A DNA stretch of 64,000 bases from Actinomycetota bacterium. Its GTDB lineage: Bacteria; Actinomycetota; Acidimicrobiia; Acidimicrobiales; Acidimicrobiaceae. Positions within the stretch are counted from its first letter, which is position 1. Each line of letters starts with the position of its first letter. A program made the position numbers and the translations under genes. The notes beneath the pieces are model-generated. The model did no database searches. It saw only the letters and a list, made by a program, of their open reading frames with translations, and had not been told where the DNA came from. The stretch spans positions 42,367 through 106,366 of the forward strand of contig DAHVRV010000001.1 of assembly GCA_027322285.1 (NCBI GenBank). The letters run 5' to 3'. Below, piece after piece: positions 12,452 through 21,972 of the stretch.

Positions 12452-13327
12452 ATGGAGAACTATCCACTCTTAACAGAACGTCTAGGATTCCCTAAGGGAA
12501 CGAAAGCGCTCATTATTACCTGCGATTGTCTCGGTTTTTGCCATTCCTGCAATTTGGGCGTGTATGACGTGCTCAGAAACGGCATTGCAACGTCAGCGCG
12601 ACTGATAGTTCCAGCTCCATGGTCGAGGGATGCCGTATCCCGCTATCGCGGCGAAGATATCGGCGTTGAACTGACCTTGAATTCATCAAATCCGATCCTC
12701 CATTTCGGCCCGGTGACTCAGGCACCTTCCCTTCTTGACGGCCAAGGTGGATTTCCAATCACCCTGGAAGACCTGTGGGAACACGCAGACTTGGAAGAAG
12801 CCCGAAGGGAATGCAGAGCGCAAATTGAACGGGCGATTTATTGGGGATTCGACGTTTCTCATATTGCTTCAGAGCTGGGCGCCCTAGTAATGCGGCCTGA
12901 GTTCTTCGACATTCTTTTGGATATTGCACTTGAATTTGAGCTTCCAATTTCCCTCCCAGACAATCTGACCGAAGACAAAATCGGCTTCCCTGCCAAAACC
13001 TTGGCATTAGAGGAGGGTGCGATCTTTCCTGACCGGGTAATAGACCCTTTTTCGAGATTCCCCACATTCGATCCAAGTTCGCAGGATCTCATAGAGGAGG
13101 CCATCTTTTCGCTCGAAGAGGGCATTACGGAACTATGCATCAGGCCAGCCGAAGATACCCCCGAACTGCGGGCGATAGCACCCGAATGGGCGACCTATGT
13201 TTCTCAAAAAAGCTCGTCAGGCGACCGGCGTCATTTTGACCACCTTCTGTCACGAGCCAACATAACCCTCGTCAGCTATAGGGAGATAAGACATCGTGCC
13301 AGAACCATTAAAAACGCGGTGCACTAA
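12452..13327 (+). CDS. YdjC/ChbG-like carbohydrate deacetylase family protein (divergent)
   Basis: 291 aa. The N-terminal segment ALIITCDCLGFCHSCNLGV aligns by eye to the YdjC motif (xxADDFGxSxxxNxG). Good SD (GGAGAG) before the ATG. Confidence 0.55.
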   Translation: MENYPLLTERLGFPKGTKALIITCDCLGFCHSCNLGVYDVLRNGIATSARLIVPAPWSRDAVSRYRGEDIGVELTLNSSNPILHFGPVTQAPSLLDGQGGFPITLEDLWEHADLEEARRECRAQIERAIYWGFDVSHIASELGALVMRPEFFDILLDIALEFELPISLPDNLTEDKIGFPAKTLALEEGAIFPDRVIDPFSRFPTFDPSSQDLIEEAIFSLEEGITELCIRPAEDTPELRAIAPEWATYVSQKSSSGDRRHFDHLLSRANITLVSYREIRHRARTIKNAVH

Positions 13328-13398
13328 GTGTTACTCGATTACATCGAAACTCTATTTAGGCCTTATAATTTCTGACTAGGTAGGAAAGGTAAATTACC

Positions 13399-13581
13399 AT
13401 GCTCGCAGAAATACTTGGGCTTGACACACTGGTCGTCGTGGCGATAATCGTTGTGGTTATCGGAGCCAGCAGGCTGCCTAAAATCGCACGATCAGTTGGA
13501 CAAGCCAAGGGCGAATTCGAAAAGGGTCTAAAAGAAGGGGCGGTCACGACCGACACCGAGACCGAGAAAAAAGAACAGTAG
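13399..13581 (+). CDS. tatA: Twin-arginine translocase subunit TatA/E
   Basis: 60 aa. One TM helix followed by an amphipathic GASRLPKIARSVGQAKGEFEKGLKEG. SD AGGAAAGG upstream. Confidence 0.85.
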   Translation: MLAEILGLDTLVVVAIIVVVIGASRLPKIARSVGQAKGEFEKGLKEGAVTTDTETEKKEQ

Positions 13582-13626
13582 CTACAGTTCTTTATCGGAC
13601 GGAGATCGACGTGTTGTCACCAGTTC

Positions 13627-14019
13627 CTAAAACTGCGTAGTTGCGGCAATCGCAGTCTGCAAATCACGATACTCGTCAGAGGTTGTGATGGGCAAAAGTG
13701 CCATAAGTTTCCCCATATTCCCGGTAACTTTTATCTTCCCTTGCATGAAGGCTGCCGTCGCATCAAGTTCGCCCTTTTGAATCGCTTTCGCATCTTCCCA
13801 ATCCTGGGTCAGCACCACCTCTGGCTCGTCAAGCTCTCCAAGCTTGCACTCGAGTAACTTGCCATCCTCCACTGTCCAGTAGTAAAAAACATTCCCATCT
13901 GGACCGCCAACAATCTCATACTGAATTGTCGCCGTGGCACCCGGACGCGAAGGCTGTGATTCAGCCATCTTGGCATACTCATCCATCCATTCGGCACTTA
14001 GCCACTTTGCCATCGCCAC
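13627..14019 (-). CDS. SCP2 sterol-binding domain protein
   Basis: 130 aa. The C-terminal ...GELDATAAFMQGKIKVTGNMGKLMALLP is typical of the SCP-2 fold. Confidence 0.7.
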   Translation of the reverse strand: MAMAKWLSAEWMDEYAKMAESQPSRPGATATIQYEIVGGPDGNVFYYWTVEDGKLLECKLGELDEPEVVLTQDWEDAKAIQKGELDATAAFMQGKIKVTGNMGKLMALLPITTSDEYRDLQTAIAATTQF

Positions 14020-14088
14020 ACTCCCGCCTAGTACAACTTGATCAAATCAGATGTTACATCTTTACAGACCTCGAAATGGCGTTGCCGG

Positions 14089-14964
14089 CTATTTGCCATC
14101 CGTTAAACCCGCGAAGAGATCAGTTTCAAATTCATCTGAGACTTTACCCCCGCCTATGCTGGAACGGGCGAGAATATAGTCTTCATAAGGCCAAAGATCC
14201 TCAGACAAATCGTCCGGCAAACCAAACCAAAAGTTTGACAGTGGATCAATTTGCGTGGCATGCGCAAGCAGCGCATCCTTTCTGATCCTGTAATAGCCCC
14301 TCACGTCGACTCTGGTTGTGATTTCCTCATCATTTCCAGGCCGGCTTAACCGTTCTTCAGAAAACGGAGACTTGAGACCGAGCTCAAGGAACTTTTCGTG
14401 AAAAGCCTTGGCCCTACTGGAGGCCCACGCACTGTAGTAGAGTTTCGAGATCTGATGAGGTGGACCCAGTTGCAACTTGTAATTTGGATCACCGCACCGG
14501 TTGAATGCGTAGACAGACACATCATGAACCTTCAGGTGATCCGGATGCGGGTAGCCAGATTGGTCCTCATGGTATGTGATCATTACCTGAGGCTTCTCTC
14601 TACGAATAATTTCGATTAGCTTGTCTCCTGCTTCCTCCAATGGAGCCTGAGCGAATGACTCAGAATTTGCATTCGCTGCAGACCCGGGCATTCCGGAATC
14701 CTTGTAGCCCAGGAGGTAAAGCTTGCTGTAACCTATGATCGCTATAGCTTTGTCAAGCTCATCCCTGCGAATCTGAGCGAGATTTTCCTTGACCTCAGGC
14801 CTATCCATAGCTGGATTGTTAATATCACCCTCTTCACCACCAGTACAGGTAACCAAAATGCTGCGGATACCGCGATCGCGAAGCTTGGCGACAGTTGCGG
14901 GACCTTTTGATGATTCGTCGTCTGGATGCGCGTGAACGCTTAGAAGCGTAAGACCTTTTCCCAT
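14089..14964 (-). CDS. mca: Mycothiol S-conjugate amidase-like PIG-L/LmbE family deacetylase
   Basis: 291 aa. HAHPDDESSKG, TGGEEG, GYPHPDH and HATQIDP are colinear with my recollection of M. tuberculosis Mca along the whole length. An MshB paralogue cannot be excluded. Confidence 0.75.
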   Translation of the reverse strand: MGKGLTLLSVHAHPDDESSKGPATVAKLRDRGIRSILVTCTGGEEGDINNPAMDRPEVKENLAQIRRDELDKAIAIIGYSKLYLLGYKDSGMPGSAANANSESFAQAPLEEAGDKLIEIIRREKPQVMITYHEDQSGYPHPDHLKVHDVSVYAFNRCGDPNYKLQLGPPHQISKLYYSAWASSRAKAFHEKFLELGLKSPFSEERLSRPGNDEEITTRVDVRGYYRIRKDALLAHATQIDPLSNFWFGLPDDLSEDLWPYEDYILARSSIGGGKVSDEFETDLFAGLTDGK

Positions 14965-15102
14965 TACTTTATTGTAGTTTGTTTCTAGTTTTGCCTATGG
15001 TCCTATAACCGCGATGATCGTGCCTAAACCAAAACATCAGCGGCTTTCAGACCCTTTAGGAGCGCTCATCTGTTATGAGAGCAAGAAATCTTTGTGGTTG
15101 AC

Positions 15103-15131
15103 TTGACGCGCTAATGCAATCATGCCATACT
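15103..15131 (+). promoter_or_regulatory. Candidate sigma70-type promoter of the amine island (TTGACG-17 nt-CATACT)
   Basis: TTGACG at 15103-15108, a 17-nt spacer, CATACT at 15126-15131, about 60 nt upstream of the permease ATG. Sequence match only. Confidence 0.3.
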
Positions 15132-15192
15132 CGCCTTTGCAGGTTTGTATTCAGTATTCAACTGTGCACATTTTTTGAGGGGGGTCTCAGGC

Positions 15193-16704
15193 ATGGCAGA
15201 TAACCACGGTATTAACGTACCCGCGGCTAAGGAAGAGCTAGGTGAAAAGCATCTCAGAGTTGTAGATGCTGTTTCGCAGTCTGTAGGATTTATGGGTCCG
15301 GTGTTTTCGTCAGCGCTGCTGATCCCACTTGTGGTTGGCGCTGGCGCATCGAGCAAAGGTGCAGGTGTGGCGACTCCGATTGCTATAATCCTCGCAGGCA
15401 TCGGCATTGGTGCGATCGGATGGATTATTTCTGCGTATGCTCGACGCATCCACGCCGCAGGAGCCCTTTACGATTACGTTACCGATGGTTTCGGAAAACG
15501 AGTTGGTTTTGTCGCGGGTTGGGTCTACTACGGATGCACTACCCTACTTGCAAGCGGAATTGTTGTGGTTGTCGGTGGGATAACTTCGGACTTTTTGCAT
15601 TCTGCATATGGAATTGGTGTTCCCTATTGGATATTAGATCTGGTCTATGCGCTGCTCCTTTTTAGTTTCCTCTACTTTGGTGTACGAATTTCTACCAGGG
15701 TGCAGCTGGCGCTAGTGTTCAGCTCTGTGTTGATAATGCTGGGATTCTTTATTTCCATTATCATAAGAGGTGGACATGGCGGCAACACGCTCACGCCATT
15801 CAATCCCTCAGCGTCTGCTGATGGTTGGTCTGGGATTTTCTTCGGGATTATATATGGCATCCTGTTATTCGTAGGTTTTGAATCCGCCGCAAATCTCGGG
15901 GAGGAGACCGCACATCCTAAGCGTTCGGTTCCTATCGCCATCATTGGCTCAGTGCTGGTAGTCGGGTTGATCTTTGTGATCGGTGCGTACGCACAAGATA
16001 TTGGCTTCGGTTTGAACGCAACGAAATGGGCCGCCAGCCCAGCCCCGCTCTTCACTCTCGGCGCACATGGAGCCTTCGGTAACTCGATACTGCTGGATTT
16101 GCTAAACATTGTCGTCATCCTCGACATCATGGCTGTTGGAATCGGTGCATCGGTATCTACTACACGTGGCATGTTTGCTATGGCCAGAGATCGACGTATT
16201 CCGAAATCTTTTGCCAAAGTGGATCGAAAATACGGGACACCTATTAACGCGATTATCTTTCAAGTTCTCGTTGGTGTGGTATTCGTCTTGTGGGTTAGGG
16301 TAGACCACGGCGTATTTGCACTCGGAGGTTCACCTGAGTACTTCCCACTGTTTGCTTGGATAGTTGGTCTCGGAGGTCTTGGGCTCGTAGTGGTCTATGC
16401 AACAATTGCGTTGGGTGCCATTCCGGGACTATGGAATCACGAGCATCGCGTTGGTTTGCTGGTAGCTGTGGTGTTGGGATTTGCGGTATCCGCTGGCGGA
16501 ATTTTTGGAAGCATCTACAAGGTTCCTTCACCTGATGACCAGTGGATATGGTACTTGATCGCATGGGTAGCCGCCGGTTCTGCCTTGACAGCATGGAATC
16601 TCGGTCATGAAAATCACAGTTTGACCGTCTCAAAAGAACTTGTTAGCGCAGATGTGGTTATCCAGGAACCTCTGGGGACACGGGAGGGGGCAGAACTAGC
16701 GTGA
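15193..16704 (+). CDS. APC superfamily amino acid/amine permease
   Basis: The ORF track gives 15145-16704. I prefer the ATG at 15193 (MADNHGINV), which is preceded by GAGGGGGG. About 12 hydrophobic segments and a GFESAANLGEE motif typical of APC transporters. Confidence 0.85.
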   Translation: MADNHGINVPAAKEELGEKHLRVVDAVSQSVGFMGPVFSSALLIPLVVGAGASSKGAGVATPIAIILAGIGIGAIGWIISAYARRIHAAGALYDYVTDGFGKRVGFVAGWVYYGCTTLLASGIVVVVGGITSDFLHSAYGIGVPYWILDLVYALLLFSFLYFGVRISTRVQLALVFSSVLIMLGFFISIIIRGGHGGNTLTPFNPSASADGWSGIFFGIIYGILLFVGFESAANLGEETAHPKRSVPIAIIGSVLVVGLIFVIGAYAQDIGFGLNATKWAASPAPLFTLGAHGAFGNSILLDLLNIVVILDIMAVGIGASVSTTRGMFAMARDRRIPKSFAKVDRKYGTPINAIIFQVLVGVVFVLWVRVDHGVFALGGSPEYFPLFAWIVGLGGLGLVVVYATIALGAIPGLWNHEHRVGLLVAVVLGFAVSAGGIFGSIYKVPSPDDQWIWYLIAWVAAGSALTAWNLGHENHSLTVSKELVSADVVIQEPLGTREGAELA

Positions 16705-16880
16705 GAGGCAGACCGACTTGCACGGTTGACGTGATTGAGCGAGTGCCGTCACAAAGACCTGTGAAGGATTTTTCTTTCCACAGCCATGAGCATCGACGTC
16801 AAATTGGCTTGACAAACAGAGTCCACTCAGAAAAACTCGGTAGGAGATTGAATGCAGAATCCTACTTTAGAGGAGAAGAG

Positions 16881-17567
16881 ATGGCACGGCCTGTTGAACG
16901 ATCCGATACGCGCTTGATTAACGAGGTTCACGAGCGGTTGCGAGAAATGATTGCGACTGGAGAACTTTTGCCAGACACGAGGCTCTTCCAAGAGCGTCTT
17001 GCCGAAAGTCTTGGAGTAAGCAGGACACCACTTCGAGAGGCACTGCTCCGACTTGAGCGAGAGGGTTTCGTGTACTCGGTTCCAGGCAGGGGAATGTTTG
17101 TTCGGGGGCTTACTATTGGGCAGGTTGCTGAACTTTACCAACTCCGCGAGATCATCGAGCCATTTGCTGCACGCTTAGCTTGTGAGTCGGCGACAGTTGA
17201 TCAGGTCGAACGAATCAAAGAAATTCAGTCTATACAGGAACGCGAGTACCCGAAAGACGTGCTGACGGCCTTCGAGGGAAATTTCGATTTGCACATCTTA
17301 CTCACTGAATCATGTCCCAATAGGCGTATGTATGATCTGCTGCGCGAGCTATGGGATCATAACTCTGTCTTACTGATGTTTGGATACTACACCCATAATG
17401 TCAGAGAAGTGAGCACGATGGTTTCTGAACACAGAGAGATTGTAAACGCCTTTATTGAAGGTGACTCCCTTGCGGTAGAGCGACTCTTGAGACGACATAT
17501 CAAAGAGGCTGAGCGATCATTACTAAGTAGTCTTCACGACGTCAAGAATACAGGAAGCGAGCTTTAA
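16881..17567 (+). CDS. GntR family transcriptional regulator, FadR/FCD subfamily
   Basis: The ORF is open from 16701, but ATG 16881 (MARPVERSD) follows GGAGAAGAG. wHTH segment RLFQERLAESLGVSRTPLREALLRLEREGFV, then a helical FCD-like C-domain. Confidence 0.8.
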   Translation: MARPVERSDTRLINEVHERLREMIATGELLPDTRLFQERLAESLGVSRTPLREALLRLEREGFVYSVPGRGMFVRGLTIGQVAELYQLREIIEPFAARLACESATVDQVERIKEIQSIQEREYPKDVLTAFEGNFDLHILLTESCPNRRMYDLLRELWDHNSVLLMFGYYTHNVREVSTMVSEHREIVNAFIEGDSLAVERLLRRHIKEAERSLLSSLHDVKNTGSEL

Positions 17568-17569
17568 GA

Positions 17570-18529
17570 ATGTGTGGTCAGTGTGGTTTTATATGTGAAG
17601 GCATTGGTCCAATCGGGCATCTGTTGTCAGTGGCCGAAGGAGCAATGGTGCACAGAGGGCCGGATTCAACCGGGTTTGCTTTGTACGGCGAGCAGAGAAA
17701 TGACGACTCAATAATTGTGCGAGCGAGAGTCGATAAAGAGGTGGATGCCTATCAGGCAGTCGTAGCAATATCCAACCAGGTAGCTGGGGTTGGCGGGAAA
17801 TTATCGCGAGAACCTGAGGTAAATGAGGGCGTCAAAGGCAGTGGAAATTTTCTAAGAGCGCTTGTCAATTTTTCAGGGCCACCAGCATTGCTGTTAGAGG
17901 CGATTGAGTCTGTTGAAGGCACTTATGTGCATTCAATGGGGAGACGCCTCGAGATCATCAAAGACGTGGGTACCGCAGATCAAGTGGCAGCTCAGCACAG
18001 GATCGATGATTTTGTCGGAACTCACGGGTTAGCCCACTCTCGATTGGCCACAGAGTCGACGGTGGATGTTGAACTTTCTCACCCGTTTTGGGCTCGTCCA
18101 TTTTTAGATGTTGCAATAGTCCACAACGGTCAGCTAACCAATTATTACAAAATGCGGCGCCTGATGTCTCAGAGAGGGTTCAAATTTCTGACAGGAAATG
18201 ATTCCGAGTTGATCGCGGTATATATTGCAGAACAACTTTCGCAGGGTAAGTCCCTGGAAGATGCACTTTCGAAATCTATCGACGATGTGGACGGAGTTTT
18301 CACTTACCTGCTTGCGACTGAAACCGCAATTGGATGTGCTGCCGATCGCTTGGCTATTAAACCTCTTGTGGTGACCACGGTTGAGGGAACATTAGCTTTT
18401 GCGACTGAGGAACAGGCGTTAAGGAGGGTATTCGATGTCGAACTCGTTACAGATTATGTACGAGAGGGCAGCGCGGTCGTATGGGAATCCGAGCTCGTGG
18501 GAGAAAGTGTAGATACAGTCAATGTCTAG
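17570..18529 (+). CDS. Class II (Ntn) glutamine amidotransferase domain protein, GlxB/MgsA-like
   Basis: 319 aa starting MCG (N-terminal nucleophile Cys), with HSRLATES and HNGQLTNY motifs. First of three genes that together mimic a split glutamate synthase large subunit. Confidence 0.8.
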   Translation: MCGQCGFICEGIGPIGHLLSVAEGAMVHRGPDSTGFALYGEQRNDDSIIVRARVDKEVDAYQAVVAISNQVAGVGGKLSREPEVNEGVKGSGNFLRALVNFSGPPALLLEAIESVEGTYVHSMGRRLEIIKDVGTADQVAAQHRIDDFVGTHGLAHSRLATESTVDVELSHPFWARPFLDVAIVHNGQLTNYYKMRRLMSQRGFKFLTGNDSELIAVYIAEQLSQGKSLEDALSKSIDDVDGVFTYLLATETAIGCAADRLAIKPLVVTTVEGTLAFATEEQALRRVFDVELVTDYVREGSAVVWESELVGESVDTVNV

Positions 18530-19262
18530 CAAGAATTCAGCGACAAATGTTATGTCTGAAATACCGTCGGATGTAGTAAATATCGATGCCGATGGTCTGG
18601 ATGGCCGTGAGCTTAATCGGCAACTACGACAGCTATCTCAGACCCATCGATATATAGCCGTAGAGAACCCACGTGCACGTCACAACCTGGGGATTGGACT
18701 GGAAGCCACGTCCTGCGAGATTCACTTTTTGGGAAGTGTTGGTTATTACTGCGGAGGATTCAACGCTGGTGCCAGCATTGTTATCCACGGCAATGCCGGA
18801 TGGGGCCTTGGTGAGGCGATGGCAACTGGCCGAATTACCGTCAAAGGATCAACCGCCTGGGCTGCTGGTGCAGGTATGCGTGGCGGCGTCATCGTAATAG
18901 AAGGTGATGGTGGTCCTCGCACGGGGATAGCTATGAAAGGTGGCGACATCTTTGTAACTGGCGCGGTGGGATTCATGTCTGGTTTTATGGCCCATCGTGG
19001 AAAGATTGTCGTTCTAGGTGGAGCTGGTGAATCCCTTGGTGCGTCCATGTACGAGGGGCGAATATTTGTTGCAGGATCAGTTTTAAGCCTTGGTGCGGAT
19101 GCCATCGAGCGTGAGCTCGAACAGCGAGACATCGACGAGGTCAGCAAAGATATTGAAGGGCTTGGTTTGACATGGCCCAAGGAACCTCTTCGAAAAGTCG
19201 AGGCAGAGGGGCGTTTGTGGTATTTCGATAAACACGACGGCCGAATTTGGAGGAACATATGA
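18522..19262 (+). CDS. GXGXG-motif protein (glutamate synthase C-terminal domain), GlxC/MgsB-like
   Basis: 246 aa with a repetitive beta-helix glycine pattern (GSVGYYCGG...GNAGWGLGEAM...GGVIVIEGDGG...GGDIFVTG). Overlaps the upstream gene by 8 nt. Confidence 0.8.
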   Translation: MSSKNSATNVMSEIPSDVVNIDADGLDGRELNRQLRQLSQTHRYIAVENPRARHNLGIGLEATSCEIHFLGSVGYYCGGFNAGASIVIHGNAGWGLGEAMATGRITVKGSTAWAAGAGMRGGVIVIEGDGGPRTGIAMKGGDIFVTGAVGFMSGFMAHRGKIVVLGGAGESLGASMYEGRIFVAGSVLSLGADAIERELEQRDIDEVSKDIEGLGLTWPKEPLRKVEAEGRLWYFDKHDGRIWRNI

Positions 19263-20620
19263 GCGATGCAACCATGCCAGAGAGCAATTTTCAAGGGAAA
19301 GATGGAGGTGCGATGCGAGAGAGCCCAATCTGGGATCGCCATGTCATTGAGGACATTCAGGCCAAGGCGGACCTAGGGCGCTACAGGATCAGCGGGTTCT
19401 CTTTGCATCGTCAGATACCACGTCTAGATGACCTGGTTTTCTTACCTGCGGCAATGACGCGCATGCCCCTTGAGGGCTACAGGGAAAATTGTGAGACAAA
19501 AACTGTTCTCGGAGCACGTAATGGGTGCGCCCACCCCCTTGAACTATCAGTTCCTGTCTATATTACCTCGATGTCTTTTGGGGCACTCTCATGGAATGCT
19601 AAGGCTGCTCTAGGACGTGCCGCGTCAGCAGTGGGTACTTGTACGTGCACCGGTGAAGGCGGCATGCTCGCTGAAGAGCGCGAAGAGTCGTCACTGCTTG
19701 TATATCAGATGACGCCTTCAAGGTACATGCTAGATCTAGAGCATTTGCGTATGGCCGATGCGATTGAAGTAGCAATGGGGCAGGGAGCAAAACCTGGAAC
19801 TGGAGGGTTGCTTCCAGGTGCAAAAGTCGCAGATCGCGTTGCGGACATGCGCACGCTTCCTAAAGGAATAGATCAACGATCAGCAGTTCGCCATCCAGAC
19901 TTCTTGGGCGCAGACGATATGGAAGTGAAGCTTGAGGAACTTCGGATTGCTACGGACAATCAAGTGCCTATTTTTGTCAAAATGCCTGCGTGTAGGGTAC
20001 ATGAAGATGTGAAGATCGCAGCTAAAGCCGGTGCAGATGTAATAGTCATTGATGGCATGGAGGGAGCCACGGGAGCCTCTCCGGAGCTGCTGCTCGATCA
20101 TACGGGAGTGCCAACCATTGCCGCAATTTCTCAGGCCCGTGAAGCACTGGAAGAGATGGGGCTGTACGGAAAGGTAAATCTAGTTATATCAGGTGGAATA
20201 AGGAATGGTGCGGATGCCGCAAAGGCACTGGCTTTAGGTGCCGATGCTGTAGCTATTGGTACAGCATCCCTGATCGCTCTCAATTGTAATGCTCCTATCT
20301 ACTTTTCTGATTATGAGCGGCTGGGAACTGCACCCGGTTATTGCCATCACTGTCATACGGGACTCTGCCCTGTTGGCGTTGCCACACAAGAACCTGAGTT
20401 AGTTGAGCGCCTTGAAGTTCAAGCTGCTGCAGAGCGAGTTGAAAACTTTATCAACGCCACGGTGATGGAGATGACTCTTCTGGCTAAAGCGTGCGGCAAG
20501 AGCAATGTTCACAACTTGGAGAGTGAAGATCTTCGTGCTTTGACTATTGAAGCGGCGGCTATGGCTGGGATACCACTGGCTGGAACCGATTGGATACCTG
20601 GTCGAAACAATCGCATGTAA
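19259..20620 (+). CDS. FMN-dependent glutamate synthase domain protein, GlxD/MgsC-like
   Basis: The track ORF starts at TTG 19247. ATG 19259 follows GGAGG and forms an ATGA overlap with the upstream stop. Motifs GQGAKPGTGG, VIDGMEGATGASP and ISGGIRNGADAAKALALGADAV are typical of the GltB FMN domain. Confidence 0.8.
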   Translation: MSDATMPESNFQGKDGGAMRESPIWDRHVIEDIQAKADLGRYRISGFSLHRQIPRLDDLVFLPAAMTRMPLEGYRENCETKTVLGARNGCAHPLELSVPVYITSMSFGALSWNAKAALGRAASAVGTCTCTGEGGMLAEEREESSLLVYQMTPSRYMLDLEHLRMADAIEVAMGQGAKPGTGGLLPGAKVADRVADMRTLPKGIDQRSAVRHPDFLGADDMEVKLEELRIATDNQVPIFVKMPACRVHEDVKIAAKAGADVIVIDGMEGATGASPELLLDHTGVPTIAAISQAREALEEMGLYGKVNLVISGGIRNGADAAKALALGADAVAIGTASLIALNCNAPIYFSDYERLGTAPGYCHHCHTGLCPVGVATQEPELVERLEVQAAAERVENFINATVMEMTLLAKACGKSNVHNLESEDLRALTIEAAAMAGIPLAGTDWIPGRNNRM

Positions 20621-20658
20621 ATAAAGCTGGTGATAAATGATGTCATCAGGGGGGGACA

Positions 20659-21972
20659 ATGGATATCAAAGAAATTGAAGAACTTTGCAAAGAGCGAGAA
20701 ATTAGGACAATCGAGTGCTATTTCCCAGATGCCCAGGGAGTCGCACGTGGCAAGCGAATACCGACTCCGCATTTTCTGAGCACAGCTTATCGAGGATTTG
20801 AACTAGCTAACGCAGCACTTGTTTGGGGGCGTCAATGCGATGTGGTTCAGGAGATCGAATACACGAGTTTTGGCACAGGCTATCCAGATATGATTGCTGT
20901 CCCAGATCTCTCGACCTTCCGAGAGGTGCCATGGCGCAAAAACGCGGCGTCGGTAATTTGTGATTGCCGAGAGCGAAATGGGCAAGATGTGTCCGTAAGC
21001 ACTCGTCGCATCTTGAAAGATGTTATTACGGAGTTTCATCAGCTCGGATATGAACCGATGATTGGTCCGGAACTTGAGTTCTACCTACTCGATCAAGACG
21101 GGAAGCCAATTTATGAAGTTCTCGACTGCTACAGCATGGAGAGAGGAGCAGCTCTGGAGCCGGTACTCGGGAAAATCCGTGATTGTCTCGAAGATATGGG
21201 TGTTGGCATAGAGGCCTGCAACACTGAATATGGGCCGGGCCAGGTCGAAGTTAATATTCATTATCGTGGGGCATTGGAAGCCGCTGACAACGCCTTGCGA
21301 TTTAAGATGGCGGTCAGAGAGATTGCCGCTGAAATGGGTTATAAGGCTACCTTCATGGCAAAGCCATTTGCTGCCTATTCGGGTTCGGGTTTTCATGTCC
21401 ACCAGTCTTTAAATGATATCGGTGGTTCTAATGTCTTTGCTGAATCCAACTGCGAAGAGCTTGAGAATGACTTGATGGGACATTATCTGGCAGGTCTTCT
21501 CGAGCATGCCCCAGCCGTTAGTGCACTCGGGGCATCGACTGTGAATTCCTACAAAAGGGTTGACGACCACAGTTTCGCACCGACTGGAGTTTGTTGGGGC
21601 CTGGACAATCGCACTGTTGCTGTCCGCGCTATTGTCGGCCAAGGAAACGCCAGCAGGCTGGAATGGAGGGGTGGAGCCGCCGATGCTAACCCCTACCTCG
21701 TTATCGCAGCATGCTTAGGTGCAGGGTTGGATGGCATCAAGCAAAACTTAAAACCATCCAACAAGATTGATGGTGATGCTTACGAACACGGAGAGGTTCG
21801 CGTGTTACCCCACAATTTAGAGGATGCTATCGAGACGCTAAAAGGCGACGAGTGCGTAGGCAGCCTGTTGGGTGAGTTTTTGGAGATTTATTTGGCACTC
21901 TGCGCAAACGAGTTATCGCATTGGAAGTCGGTAGTGACCGACTGGGAGCGATCAAGATACATCGATGGCTGA
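20659..21972 (+). CDS. Glutamine synthetase family protein, gamma-glutamyl-amine ligase candidate (GmaS/PuuA/GlnA4-like)
   Basis: 437 aa. GS catalytic-domain pattern (PELEFYLLD, NTEYGPGQVEVN, GSGFHVHQSL, NSYKR, ENRTVAVR-like DNRTVAVR). The substrate cannot be read from the sequence. Confidence 0.8.
   Translation: MDIKEIEELCKEREIRTIECYFPDAQGVARGKRIPTPHFLSTAYRGFELANAALVWGRQCDVVQEIEYTSFGTGYPDMIAVPDLSTFREVPWRKNAASVICDCRERNGQDVSVSTRRILKDVITEFHQLGYEPMIGPELEFYLLDQDGKPIYEVLDCYSMERGAALEPVLGKIRDCLEDMGVGIEACNTEYGPGQVEVNIHYRGALEAADNALRFKMAVREIAAEMGYKATFMAKPFAAYSGSGFHVHQSLNDIGGSNVFAESNCEELENDLMGHYLAGLLEHAPAVSALGASTVNSYKRVDDHSFAPTGVCWGLDNRTVAVRAIVGQGNASRLEWRGGAADANPYLVIAACLGAGLDGIKQNLKPSNKIDGDAYEHGEVRVLPHNLEDAIETLKGDECVGSLLGEFLEIYLALCANELSHWKSVVTDWERSRYIDG

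Noticed and set aside
18746-19342. 198-aa minus-strand ORF antisense to the GXGXG-protein gene, and similar long antisense ORFs at 36142-36951, 33994-34521 and 15672-16217
   Set aside because: Each is fully embedded antisense in a gene with strong family motifs. Such shadow frames are expected opposite glycine/alanine-rich coding sequence.
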